Source: a bacterium (GTDB lineage: Bacteria > Patescibacteriota > Minisyncoccia > Phycocordibacterales > Phycocordibacteraceae). Taken from it: a stretch of 64,000 bases of DNA. Positions 39,548 through 48,830 of the stretch are shown one piece after another. A model generated the notes under the pieces. It saw only the letters and a program-made list of their open reading frames with translations, did no database searches and was not told the origin of the DNA. The stretch is taken from the NCBI GenBank assembly GCA_023269085.1, contig JAHFML010000002.1:1266-65265 (forward strand), in the 5' to 3' direction. The position numbers and the translations under genes were made by a program. Position 1 is the stretch's first letter, and each line of letters starts with the position of its first letter.

Positions 39548-39886
39548 ATGCGCGGCAAGGAGTGGCAAAAGGGAATTCTCATCGGTCTTCTCCTTGTCGT
39601 GGCAGGGTGGCTCGGATCGCTCATCTGGGGGCTCGCTCTGAAGGCGCAGATAGCGATATCGCAGGCGAATAATGCGAAGCGGCAATATACCGAGCTTGAA
39701 GCGCGGAAGACGACTCTGGAGGCCAATCTCGCGGCGCTTGGCACTGAGCACGGCCGAGACGCCGCCATCCGCACGGCATTTGGGGTTGCGCGCCCGGGAG
39801 AAGAGGTTATCGTAGTGGTACCGTCCGCGAGCGAGATGCCGACCACGACGCCCTCGTGGTGGCAGAGGGTGCTGAGTTGGTTTTAG
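39548..39886 (+). CDS. septum formation initiator (FtsB/DivIC-like) protein
   Basis: N-terminal TM followed by coiled coil. Confidence 0.5.
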   Translation: MRGKEWQKGILIGLLLVVAGWLGSLIWGLALKAQIAISQANNAKRQYTELEARKTTLEANLAALGTEHGRDAAIRTAFGVARPGEEVIVVVPSASEMPTTTPSWWQRVLSWF

Positions 39887-39893
39887 AAATATC

Positions 39894-39964
39894 GCGAGAT
39901 TAGTTTAGTGGCAGAATGACTGCTTCCCAAGCAGTAGGCACGAGTTCGATTCTCGTATCTCGCA
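39894..39964 (+). tRNA. tRNA-Gly (anticodon CCC)
   Basis: Acceptor GCGAGAT/ATCTCGC, anticodon stem ACTGC/GCAGT with loop TTCCCAA. Confidence 0.85.
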
Positions 39965-40035
39965 CTATAGAGGCGCTCGAGTGGCTGAGGATAACTCAGA
40001 GTGGTATACTTCCATCATAACCCTGATAAAACAAT

Positions 40036-40278
40036 ATGGACAAAACCGTCACCATTTACAGCACGCCGACTTGCCACTTCTGCCACATGGCGAAGGAGTT
40101 CTTCACCGCGCACAATGTCGTCTTCACCGACTACGATGTCGCGAGTGATCTCGCGAAGCGCCAAGAGATGGTGCAGAAGTCGGGTCAGATGGGCGTGCCG
40201 GTCATCTTCGTCGGCGATGAGATGATCATCGGCTTCGACCAAGAGCGCATCGCCTCGACGCTCGGCATCGCGGCATAA
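40036..40278 (+). CDS. glutaredoxin-like (NrdH/YruB-type) thiol-disulfide protein
   Basis: CHFC redox motif near N-terminus, GVPVIFV Grx fold motif. Confidence 0.65.
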   Translation: MDKTVTIYSTPTCHFCHMAKEFFTAHNVVFTDYDVASDLAKRQEMVQKSGQMGVPVIFVGDEMIIGFDQERIASTLGIAA

Positions 40279-40284
40279 TTGCCG

Positions 40285-40359
40285 GCCCCTTTAGTTCAAT
40301 GGATAGAACGGCTCACTCCTAACGAGCTGATTCAGGTTCGACTCCTGGAGGGGGCACCA
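40285..40359 (+). tRNA. tRNA-Arg (anticodon CCU), CCA encoded
   Basis: Acceptor GCCCCTT/AGGGGGC, anticodon loop CTCCTAA, T-loop GGTTCGACTCC. Confidence 0.85.
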
Positions 40360-40381
40360 ATATGCGGTATACTACGAACAT

Positions 40382-42229
40382 ATGGACCCAGAACTGAAAC
40401 AAGAGACGATACTGTCGTTTAAGAGTCGCATATTTGTGGCGGCGGTGACTATCGCGGGAGTGATAATAGTTAGCACGATTGCATACATAGTTTTTATGTC
40501 GAGATCATCAACATCTGCCGACAATCTGCCATCTACAGTTTCAAATAATGTTGCGTCGAGCACCGAAGATAATTTCGCAATCACTCAAGATAAGCTGGTG
40601 GCGATACAGGCTGAGATGGGGACCACGACACCTGTTGCATTAGGAGATGCATACAATATTTTTGTGCAAATCGACAATTTTTCGAATGAAACGCTATATC
40701 ACGGCGTGACGTACCACGAAGATGGGATTATAACGGCCGGACCATATAGCGGTTATCGCCGTATACTAGCAAGTCTCGAACCAGATGGTCCGGTGGGCGT
40801 GAACGATTATGTAACTTTTGCAACAAAAGACTACCGCACGTTCATTTTGCATGCACCGACAAAAGGGCGAGTGCCAAACCCGAAGTTATTCAACACAAAT
40901 GTTGTTACAAAGGCGAATGCCTTCCCAACAAATTTCCCTGAGAGTATTGTCGCGAATAAAGATTTTGTCTTATATCGTGGAGATATTGTAACGGCGACCA
41001 GCTCAGCTCTTGGTCCAGAACTTACAAGTACGAGTCCTGGGTTGCGGTTCTACACGAATCCGGGGGACTATACACACAGCGACTTCGAGGCATATAAATT
41101 CGTTACTGGCGATACCAGTATCGTGGCGCGTGATGTCGAGAATGTTCGTTTCGTATATCACTTGGCTTTTTCTGACGCAAAGAAAACCGATTGGATGGTG
41201 GGGGATATCGGAATAAAACTTCCAGCAGAATCCGGTTTATATTCAAGTTATGGCAAAGCGCTTCCGCGGGGGTGCGGCGGCGGGGATACTGGCCAGAGTT
41301 ATGTGCTTACAAATAGTGCCAATAAAGAGGTACAAAGCAGTCCGATCGCGGAGGCGCACGGCGTAGACTTGTACCGCTTCGCAAACATAGACAATCCGTT
41401 CGTCAAAGCAGAATACGATACTAAATCGTCTCAAATAAACGCCTACTTACAACAGGATCCAAATAGCAGTAGTTGGCTCACCGCAGTGCCGGACTATACT
41501 GAGTATGCAAAGAAAACCCCGATTCTTTTGTTCAGAGATCCATGGAGCAGGTGGGTAGCGGTCGGTGAAATACAGTATCAATTGCCAGGAGGATGCGGGA
41601 AGCCGGTTATCTATCTGTATCCAGAAAAACCTACCAACGTATCAGTGAAATTTATGAATGTTCCGAAATTCAGCGTCGATATTCCAACCTATACGGATGA
41701 ATGGCATGTCCTTGCCGATAAAAATGGTAACTTGCACGATCTCCAACCAAATAAGACAGACTGCGCGAGGATTGACTTAACGGCCTTTGGTTCTGATTAC
41801 GCAAAACAGTCTTGTCTTGCAGGTGTGTATCCCTATCTCTATTGGGCTGGCGAAGCCGCGGGAACGTATCCCTCTCGAGAGGGCGGTTGGGTGATAAACA
41901 AGGAGGATATCGGAATATTCCTTGAATCGAAACTTCGCGAAATTGGTTTAAATGAGCAAGAACAACAAGACATGCTTTCGTTCTGGGTGCCAACGCTTAA
42001 GAAAGCAGAATCGCCTTACTACTCAATCTCGTTCTTTACGACGAAGCAGATGAATCATTTTATCCCGATGAGAGTAACGCCGTCTCCTAACAGCGCGTTG
42101 CGCATCTTCCTCGATTGGAAGCCACTCATGGCGCTACCGAGCAGTCTCCCAACACCACAAGTATTTGTTCCTTTTGAACGGAAAGGTTTTACGCTCGTCG
42201 AATGGGGCGGGCTCGAATACAATAAATAA
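40382..42229 (+). CDS. membrane-anchored extracellular hypothetical protein 615 aa (AT-rich islet)
   Basis: N-terminal TM, long Ser/Thr/Asn-rich ectodomain. Confidence 0.45.
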   Translation: MDPELKQETILSFKSRIFVAAVTIAGVIIVSTIAYIVFMSRSSTSADNLPSTVSNNVASSTEDNFAITQDKLVAIQAEMGTTTPVALGDAYNIFVQIDNFSNETLYHGVTYHEDGIITAGPYSGYRRILASLEPDGPVGVNDYVTFATKDYRTFILHAPTKGRVPNPKLFNTNVVTKANAFPTNFPESIVANKDFVLYRGDIVTATSSALGPELTSTSPGLRFYTNPGDYTHSDFEAYKFVTGDTSIVARDVENVRFVYHLAFSDAKKTDWMVGDIGIKLPAESGLYSSYGKALPRGCGGGDTGQSYVLTNSANKEVQSSPIAEAHGVDLYRFANIDNPFVKAEYDTKSSQINAYLQQDPNSSSWLTAVPDYTEYAKKTPILLFRDPWSRWVAVGEIQYQLPGGCGKPVIYLYPEKPTNVSVKFMNVPKFSVDIPTYTDEWHVLADKNGNLHDLQPNKTDCARIDLTAFGSDYAKQSCLAGVYPYLYWAGEAAGTYPSREGGWVINKEDIGIFLESKLREIGLNEQEQQDMLSFWVPTLKKAESPYYSISFFTTKQMNHFIPMRVTPSPNSALRIFLDWKPLMALPSSLPTPQVFVPFERKGFTLVEWGGLEYNK

Positions 42230-42230
42230 T

Positions 42231-42530
42231 ATGGACCCAGAACTGAAACAAGAGATAGCCGAGATACATGCGCTCGAGAAGGACAATCACCAAATGCTCC
42301 GCGCTATCCGCCGCGACCAGTGGTTCGGCTTCATCGGGCGGCTCATCATCTGGGCAATAGTGCTTGCGCTCCCGCTCTACTTCTATCAGCAGTATATAGA
42401 GCCCATCATCACGAAGATTGAGGGCGTATCAACGACAACGACCGCTACTATTAGTAAGTTTTCTCTACCGACGCTCCCATCTTCCGTTCAGGTACAAAAA
42501 CTGCTAAACTCTTATAAGATGGCGCCCTAG
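42231..42530 (+). CDS. small membrane protein sharing an identical first 25 nt (MDPELKQE) with the preceding gene
   Basis: atggacccagaactgaaacaagaga is identical at 40382 and 42231. Confidence 0.4.
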   Translation: MDPELKQEIAEIHALEKDNHQMLRAIRRDQWFGFIGRLIIWAIVLALPLYFYQQYIEPIITKIEGVSTTTTATISKFSLPTLPSSVQVQKLLNSYKMAP

Positions 42531-42540
42531 GCGTCGCAAC

Positions 42541-42613
42541 GCTTGGATAGCTCAGTTGGTAGAGCACTTCCCTGAAGAGGAAGGGGTCCCCGGTTCGAGC
42601 CCGGGTCCAAGCA
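42541..42613 (+). tRNA. tRNA-Phe (anticodon GAA)
   Basis: Acceptor GCTTGGA/TCCAAGC, anticodon loop CTGAAGA, T-loop GGTTCGAGCCC. Confidence 0.9.
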
Positions 42614-42621
42614 CAAAATAG

Positions 42622-43134
42622 TTACCCTGCTTTGACGCGGAGCTTGGTCTGGCGCGCTTTGTCGAGCTTGGGGAGGATGAGGGTCAAGAGACCGTCTTTG
42701 GCGCTCGCCGACGAGGAGTCAACATCGACCTCTTGCGGGAGCATGATCATGCGGGAGAAAGAGCCCCAGAAGAGCTCACGGGTGAAGTAGTCATGGTCGT
42801 TGATGCTTTCGCGTTCGGCGCGCGTGCCGGTGATCTCGACGCGGTCGCGGCTAATTGAGATACCGAGCTCATCGGGCCGGACGCCAGCGACGAAAGCGCG
42901 AACAATGATATCGCTCGAAGTCTGATGGACATCGACCGGGAGCTGGCCTTCGGCCTTTGATGCCGCGTCGTCGGTTAGAGATGCTGATCGCGGCGAATCG
43001 TTCTGGAGGCGCGTGCGCGGCTCGACGCGAGCGGGTACCGAAGCGACAGGCAAGTCGTCATCGAAAGAATCGAAAGAGTCATTCGCCGGTGCATTTCCGG
43101 AAAGGCGTTCGAAGAAGGAATGCTTTATGGTCAT
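42622..43134 (-). CDS. Hsp20/alpha-crystallin family small heat-shock protein
   Basis: ACD core ...VRAFVAGVRPDELGISISRDRVEITG... Confidence 0.8.
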   Translation of the reverse strand: MTIKHSFFERLSGNAPANDSFDSFDDDLPVASVPARVEPRTRLQNDSPRSASLTDDAASKAEGQLPVDVHQTSSDIIVRAFVAGVRPDELGISISRDRVEITGTRAERESINDHDYFTRELFWGSFSRMIMLPQEVDVDSSSASAKDGLLTLILPKLDKARQTKLRVKAG

Positions 43135-43883
43135 GATGGGCAGATGTTAGTGGGAAGGTTACGGTATTGGAAATATTTGAGCACTTCAAATGTCGCGAAG
43201 ATGATCACGGCGACGATCCAGACGAAGAAAACCGCGGTGAAGGTCGAGGCGCCTTCATTCATAATAAGGGCGTTGAAGGCGGTATGCAACGATACGGCGA
43301 GGATAAGTCCAGTTGCGGCGGCGGCGACCCGAATGGCGGGATGCTTAAAATCCGAAAAGGCGAGCGCGAAGCCGATCGACGCCGACGAAACGAGATGCAG
43401 AAGCGTCGCCCCGAGGAAGCGTTGGTCGCTCAGTATCGATCCTTGGAGGAGGCTGCCGTCAGAATAGTTGAGGATATAGAGCGTGTTCTCGGCCATCGCG
43501 AAGCCGAGAGCGACGGTGATGAGGTAGACGACATAGTCAGGGGCTTCATCGACTGCGGGACGCCAAAGGACGAATGCGGCGGCAACAATATATTTGAGCG
43601 TTTCTTCGATAAGTGCCCAGGAGAGCATCGCGTTGAACCCGAAAGCGTTCCAGGTCGCCTGCCCGAGACTACATGCCGCGGTCGAGTCGAGAGCTAGTCT
43701 GGTGCAGGCTATCTGTTCGAGCGGGATAGCAAAGAAGACGGAGAACATGCCAACAAGGAACGCGAACGCGATCATCGTTTTCGGCTCCGGGCAACGCGCG
43801 TCTTCTTTCAGAATGAAATAGAGCCAAACAAGAGAAGGGAGGAGGCCGCCGAGAAGAGCGTAACCGAGTACCGGAAGGGTCAT
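43131..43883 (-). CDS. prsW: PrsW-family intramembrane metalloprotease
   Basis: EETLK (EExxK) motif, multiple TM helices. Confidence 0.65.
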   Translation of the reverse strand: MTLPVLGYALLGGLLPSLVWLYFILKEDARCPEPKTMIAFAFLVGMFSVFFAIPLEQIACTRLALDSTAACSLGQATWNAFGFNAMLSWALIEETLKYIVAAAFVLWRPAVDEAPDYVVYLITVALGFAMAENTLYILNYSDGSLLQGSILSDQRFLGATLLHLVSSASIGFALAFSDFKHPAIRVAAAATGLILAVSLHTAFNALIMNEGASTFTAVFFVWIVAVIIFATFEVLKYFQYRNLPTNICPS

Positions 43884-46099
43884 CCCTCAAGTATAGCAGG
43901 CCAGTGCGCGACCATGAGGAATGGCGCATCTCTGGTCGGGAGGGACTGGAAGATCTCTTCGGTGACGAAGGGCATGAAGGGGTGGAGGAGACGCACCGAG
44001 CGGTCGAGGAGGATGAGGAGGAGCCGCGCGCGCGCCGCGCGCGCGACCCCGTCTTCGCCGAGGAGTATCGGCTTCGACTCTTCGAGAATCTTGTCGGCGA
44101 GCTCGTGCCAGATGTAATGATAAATCTTTTCTGCCGCCAGGTAGAGACGGTACTCTTCGATATCGCGCGTGACTTCGGTAATGAGTGCATCGCATTGGTC
44201 GAGATAGGGACGCTCGCTCGTGGAAAAAGGAAAATCGGCACGCTCCGGGGCGCTAGCCCAAGTCTTATCCCGATTTTCCTCTTTCCACTCGCTCGCTATT
44301 CCCGCGTTTTCCGCATTCTCAAGCACAAAGCGCGCAATGTTCCAGAGCTTGTTCGCGAAGTGCTTGTAGCCTTTTATTTTGTCTTCGCTCATGCGCATGT
44401 CGGTGCCGGGCGTGTTGCCCACGATGAGCGCCATGCGCGCGGCGTCGGCGCCAAACTTCGCGGTAACATCGAGCGGGTCCATGTTGTTGCCGAGCGATTT
44501 GCTCATCTTGCGCCCTTGCGCGTCACGCACGAGGCCGTGGAGGTAAACCGTCTTGAAGGGGACGGTGCCGAGCGTGAATTCGGTCATGAGGATCATGCGC
44601 GCGATCCAGAAGAAGAGGATGTCATAGCCGGTCTCGAGGAGATTCGTCGGGTGGTACGTCTGAAGATCTTTCGTATCCTCGGGCCAGCCGAGCGTCGAGA
44701 AGGTCCAGATGCCCGAAGAGAACCAGGTGTCGAGCGTGTCCTCGTCTTGCACCCAGCCCTCGCCGCTCGGGGCCTCGCCGACGGTAATCTCTTCTCCGCG
44801 ATACCAGACGGGGATGCGATGCCCGTACCAGATCTGCCGGCTGATGCACCAGTCGCGCAGGTTCTCTATCCAATGGAAATACGTTTTCTCAAAATGTTCG
44901 GGGAGAATGGTGATAGCGCCAGAGCGCACCGATTCGAGCAAGAGCTCTTTGAGCGTCTTGTCGCGCCCGGGGACGGGTCGATCTACCTCGACGAACCACT
45001 GGAGCTTCGGCAAGGGCTCGACGATGCCGCCGGTGCGCTCGGCGGTCGAGATATTCTGCTTCACGGCTTCCTCCTTTTCGAGCAATCCCTCTTCGCGGAG
45101 CCATGCGACGACCGCGTCGCGTGCGTCGGTCGTCTTCATACCGCTGAGGCGGCCGGGCACGGTCATTTTCGCGAATTCGTTGATGATGATGACTTCGTGC
45201 GAGAGCAGATGGCGATCGGCTATCTCCCAGTCGATATGGCTGTGGGCCGGCGTGAGACCGACCGCGCCCGTGCCGAAGGCTGGGTCAACTTCCTTGTCGG
45301 CGACAATCTTGATATGAATCGGCACGTCGCAGAAGACGGCGTCGTATTCTCGGCCGACGAATGCGGTATAGCGCGCGTCATCAGGATGGACGGCGACCGC
45401 GACATCGCCGACCTTCGTCTCGGGGCGCGTGGTCGCGACCGCGATGGGGAAGTCGGAGCTGTAGCGGAAGGTGTAGAGTGTCGCGTCGCGCTCTTCATAA
45501 ACTATCTCGTCGTCTGAGATGGTCGTCTGGCCCTTCGGGTCCCAATTGACGATGCGGTTGCCGCGATAGATGAGACCAGCGTCGTACATTTTTTTAAAAA
45601 CAGCGCGAACGGCCCGATTGCGCGTCTCATCGAGAGTGAACGCTTCGCGCGACCAGTCGAGCGAGGCGCCCATGGTCTTGAGCTGTTTTAGGATAGTGTC
45701 ATGGCTCTCGGTGGCGTACGCCTCAATGCGTTTGAGGAGCTCGGCGCGGCCGAGGTCGTGGCGGCTCTTATCCTCCTCCTTCTTTATCTTCTTCTCGACG
45801 ACTGATTGCGTCGCGATGGCGGCGTGGTCGGTCCCGGGGAGCCAGAGGGTGCGCTTGCCCTGCATGCGCTGATAACGGACGACCGCATCTTCGATAGCGA
45901 GCATGAGCGCGTGGCCCATGTGGAGCCGGCCAGTGACATTTGGCGGCGGGAGTACGATAGAGAAGGGCTCAGCATCCGGCTTCGTGATGCCCTCGGCAAT
46001 GCAAGTGTCAGGGTTGAAGAGACCGCTCTCCTCCCATGCCGTATACAAACGCCCCTCGGTCGCCTCGGGGTCGTAGGGCTTCAAGAATTTCTCGTCCAT
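43880..46099 (-). CDS. valS: valine--tRNA ligase (compact form lacking the C-terminal coiled coil)
   Basis: PPNVTGRLHMGHA (HIGH), KMSKSLGN, editing domain. Confidence 0.8.
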   Translation of the reverse strand: MDEKFLKPYDPEATEGRLYTAWEESGLFNPDTCIAEGITKPDAEPFSIVLPPPNVTGRLHMGHALMLAIEDAVVRYQRMQGKRTLWLPGTDHAAIATQSVVEKKIKKEEDKSRHDLGRAELLKRIEAYATESHDTILKQLKTMGASLDWSREAFTLDETRNRAVRAVFKKMYDAGLIYRGNRIVNWDPKGQTTISDDEIVYEERDATLYTFRYSSDFPIAVATTRPETKVGDVAVAVHPDDARYTAFVGREYDAVFCDVPIHIKIVADKEVDPAFGTGAVGLTPAHSHIDWEIADRHLLSHEVIIINEFAKMTVPGRLSGMKTTDARDAVVAWLREEGLLEKEEAVKQNISTAERTGGIVEPLPKLQWFVEVDRPVPGRDKTLKELLLESVRSGAITILPEHFEKTYFHWIENLRDWCISRQIWYGHRIPVWYRGEEITVGEAPSGEGWVQDEDTLDTWFSSGIWTFSTLGWPEDTKDLQTYHPTNLLETGYDILFFWIARMILMTEFTLGTVPFKTVYLHGLVRDAQGRKMSKSLGNNMDPLDVTAKFGADAARMALIVGNTPGTDMRMSEDKIKGYKHFANKLWNIARFVLENAENAGIASEWKEENRDKTWASAPERADFPFSTSERPYLDQCDALITEVTRDIEEYRLYLAAEKIYHYIWHELADKILEESKPILLGEDGVARAARARLLLILLDRSVRLLHPFMPFVTEEIFQSLPTRDAPFLMVAHWPAILEG

Positions 46100-46145
46100 T
46101 ATTCAAAATAATACCGCAAATACGCGGATCAGGCGAACACACATT

Positions 46146-46175
46146 GAGTAAGGTCGAACCTCACTCAACTTACTC
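46146..46175. repeat. palindromic element family 2 copy (GAGTAAGGTCGAACCTcactcaaCTTACTC) at the tsaD 3' end
   Basis: Same arms and core as the 9159 copy. Confidence 0.7.
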
Positions 46176-47398
46176 GGTAAGTGAACGGCGGCCGGAGGCG
46201 ACAGGGGTGTGGGTGAATTCTTCGCGAAGAGCACGGTAGAAGCCGGCGAGCGCGATCATGATGGCGTTGTCGGTCGTGAGTGCCGCCGGCGGTATGCGTA
46301 GCTCAACGGGTGGACACCTAGTGTCCACCCGAGTCGCCACCGAATGCTTGAAGATGCGGCGGATGTGGGTGTTCGCCGAGACGCCGCCGCCGATGACGAG
46401 CGTCTCGGCACCAGTCGCTTCGAGCGCGCGCTCGGTCTTCTTCCACAACACCTCGGCAACGGCGTCTTCGAATTCTCGCGCGAGCTCATGCTTCTCGCGC
46501 TCGGTCACCTCGGGATTTTTCTTCAACAAATACAACACCGCCGTCTTGAGCCCGGCAAAGGAGAAGTCGCACGTCGCATCATTCAGCATTGGCCGCGGCA
46601 AGGTTGGTGTGAGTAAGGTCGAACCTTCCTCATTTGATGAGTAAGGTTCGACCTTACTCACGCTACTACGCGCTATCTCAGCGAGACGCGAGATCTCCGG
46701 CCCGCCCGGGTAGGGGAGCGAGAGCATCCGTGCGACCTTGTCAAAGGCTTCGCCGACCGCGTCGTCGCGTGTCGCCCCGACGAGCTCATACTCAAGCCAG
46801 CTCTTCATCACGACGAGCTCGGTGTGGCCACCCGAGATGAGGAGCGCGAGCACCGGCAAAGCGACGTCTTTCACTTCAAGGTTCGACCTTGAAGAAGATT
46901 CTCGCGCGAGCGCGGCCATGATATGGCCCTCCATATGATTGACCGCGACGATCGGCTTCTCCCATGCGAGGGCGAGGGCGCGTGCGAAGTTCACGCCGAC
47001 CCAAAGCGCTGGCTCGAGGCCGGGGCCCGCGGTGACGGCGATGACGTCGATATCGGGTCGTTCAGATTCCGAGACGAAGTCGAGGAACGCTTCAGTGAGG
47101 CCGGGCTCGCGCGACAAAATCTCTGCGATTTTGTCGCGCGTCTCTTCGCGCATCGCTTGCATATCCTCGTGCAAGAGCTCAGCCTCTTCAAGCGCCGCCT
47201 CAAGTATCGGGACGAGATTCTTCGCGTGTTCGCGTTTGGCGAGCATCGGGTAGACGCCGCCATACTCGCGGTGCAGATCTATCTGCGAGAGGAGCGCATT
47301 CCCGAGTACGGCAAACTCCGCGTTCGCCTCATCGCCTGTCGCCTCAACGATAGCAATCGCCGTCTCGTCACAGCTGGTCTCGATAGCGAGAATTTTCA
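46170..47398 (-). CDS. tsaD: tRNA N6-adenosine threonylcarbamoyltransferase TsaD, about 409 aa, expanded by three in-frame palindromic insertions
   Basis: MKILAIETSCDETAIAIV N-terminus, HMEGH motif. Typical TsaD is about 340 aa. Start set at MKIL because the track start is a non-ATG codon. Confidence 0.85.
46308..46330. repeat. palindromic element family 1 unit (GGGTGGACACctaGTGTCCACCC) in frame in tsaD
   Basis: Identical to recG unit B; encodes part of ...ATRVDTRCPPVELR... Confidence 0.85.
46609..46661. repeat. compound palindromic element family 2 in frame in tsaD (gtGAGTAAGGTCGAACCttcctcatttgatGAGTAAGGTTCGACCTTACTCac)
   Basis: Encodes ...SSVSKVEPYSSNEEGSTLL... Confidence 0.8.
46874..46894. 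repeat. palindromic element family 2 variant (CTTCAAGGTTCGACCTTGAAG) in frame in tsaD
   Basis: Perfect 21-nt palindrome with the same AAGGTTCGACCTT core; encodes ...SNLEVKD... Confidence 0.75.
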
Positions 47399-47419
47399 TA
47401 ATGATGGTAGTATAGCGCA

Positions 47420-47980
47420 ATGCAACGAAATGACCTCCTCGTCTGGATGGATCTCGAAATGACCTCGATTCATGACGTGCTCAAGGACAAGATAACCGAG
47501 ATCGCGGTCGTTCTCACCGACAAAGACCTGAATGTTGTCGTCGAAGGACCTGATATCGTTATACATGCCGACCCGAGCGACTTTGCACATATAGCGGCGG
47601 ATGCCCGCGCGGTGCACAAGGCAAATAATATGGAAGCGCTCTCTGCCGCGAGTACAACGACACTCGCCGATGCTGAAGCGCAGACGCTCGCTTTTCTCAA
47701 AGAGCACATCAGCGAAAAATCATCACCGCTCTGCGGCAACACCATTCACATGGACCGCCACTTCCTTCGCATCCACATGCCGACACTCGACGAGTACCTC
47801 TTTTATCGCTGTATCGATGTCTCAAGTATCAAAGAGCTGGCGCGTCGTTGGGCGCCAGAGATATATGAGGAGGCAGAACACCGCAAGGGGGTGAAGCCGC
47901 ATCGCGCCCGCGCCGACATCTATAACTCAATCAGTGAATTGAAATTCTATCGCGACACTTTTTTCAAATTCAATCCTTGA
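47420..47980 (+). CDS. orn: oligoribonuclease
   Basis: LVWMDLEMT DEDDh exonuclease motif I. Confidence 0.8.
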   Translation: MQRNDLLVWMDLEMTSIHDVLKDKITEIAVVLTDKDLNVVVEGPDIVIHADPSDFAHIAADARAVHKANNMEALSAASTTTLADAEAQTLAFLKEHISEKSSPLCGNTIHMDRHFLRIHMPTLDEYLFYRCIDVSSIKELARRWAPEIYEEAEHRKGVKPHRARADIYNSISELKFYRDTFFKFNP

Positions 47981-48821
47981 TCTCCTCCCATGGCAAGTTG
48001 GCTGATGCGGGGATGAAGAAGCCGCTTGATGTGGCGTGACCGTTCCCTCCGTATTTCTCCGCTATCTTCGAGACATCGACCGAGCCGTCGCCCCGGATAG
48101 AGACGCCGAAGCCGTCGGGATGCGCCGAGACAACGAGGGCAATAGGCGGCAACTTGGTATAAAGCTCGTGGGCGGCGTGCGAGCGCATCGTAATCGACGG
48201 GAACGAAGTTGAGAAGTAGCACTCAAAGCCCTCAAAGCGTACTTTCTTGGCAGATTCGACTAGAAGGTGAGTCATCTTCTCGAAGTACTCCTGATAGGCC
48301 GAAGCCTTCGCGAGAAGCGCGGGCCGTTCGTTATCATCTTCGAGCGCGTGGGCGAATCTATCCCATAATTCGAAATCGTCGGGCTGTACCACGAGATACG
48401 CGAAGACCATTTCGGTCTCGGGCATCGCATAACGATACATGTCGCCGTCCTCGAGATAATACATGAGACGAGGCGTTGGTGTATGGGGGTGAAAATAGCT
48501 CCACGCGATAGTCGCGCCAGAACGCTCGGTATCGAAAACGCCCGGGAAGGTCGTCGCGACAGCGCGTACGCCCTCATGGTGGTCGAGGACGGTTACTGAT
48601 TCTGCGATGCGACGCAATGCCTCCATCTGTTCTTGGGGAAAACAAAAGTCGACGAAGATAATTTCGCGTCCTTCCATCTTTTCCGGAACCTCGCCACCGT
48701 ACTTCACGGGGATATATTCAGCTATGTCGCCGTATTTCTTCCATGCGGCATAGGCGCCGCCGAAACCGTCAGGGCATTTGGCGTGGTAGAGGATGACCGT
48801 GTGCTGGTGATGTGAGTGCAT
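47970..48821 (-). CDS. DHH-family phosphoesterase (NrnA-like nanoRNase / pAp phosphatase)
   Basis: LDHHE motif, DHH-DHHA1 architecture. Confidence 0.7.
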   Translation of the reverse strand: MHSHHQHTVILYHAKCPDGFGGAYAAWKKYGDIAEYIPVKYGGEVPEKMEGREIIFVDFCFPQEQMEALRRIAESVTVLDHHEGVRAVATTFPGVFDTERSGATIAWSYFHPHTPTPRLMYYLEDGDMYRYAMPETEMVFAYLVVQPDDFELWDRFAHALEDDNERPALLAKASAYQEYFEKMTHLLVESAKKVRFEGFECYFSTSFPSITMRSHAAHELYTKLPPIALVVSAHPDGFGVSIRGDGSVDVSKIAEKYGGNGHATSSGFFIPASANLPWEEIKD

Positions 48822-48830
48822 GATTCTATT

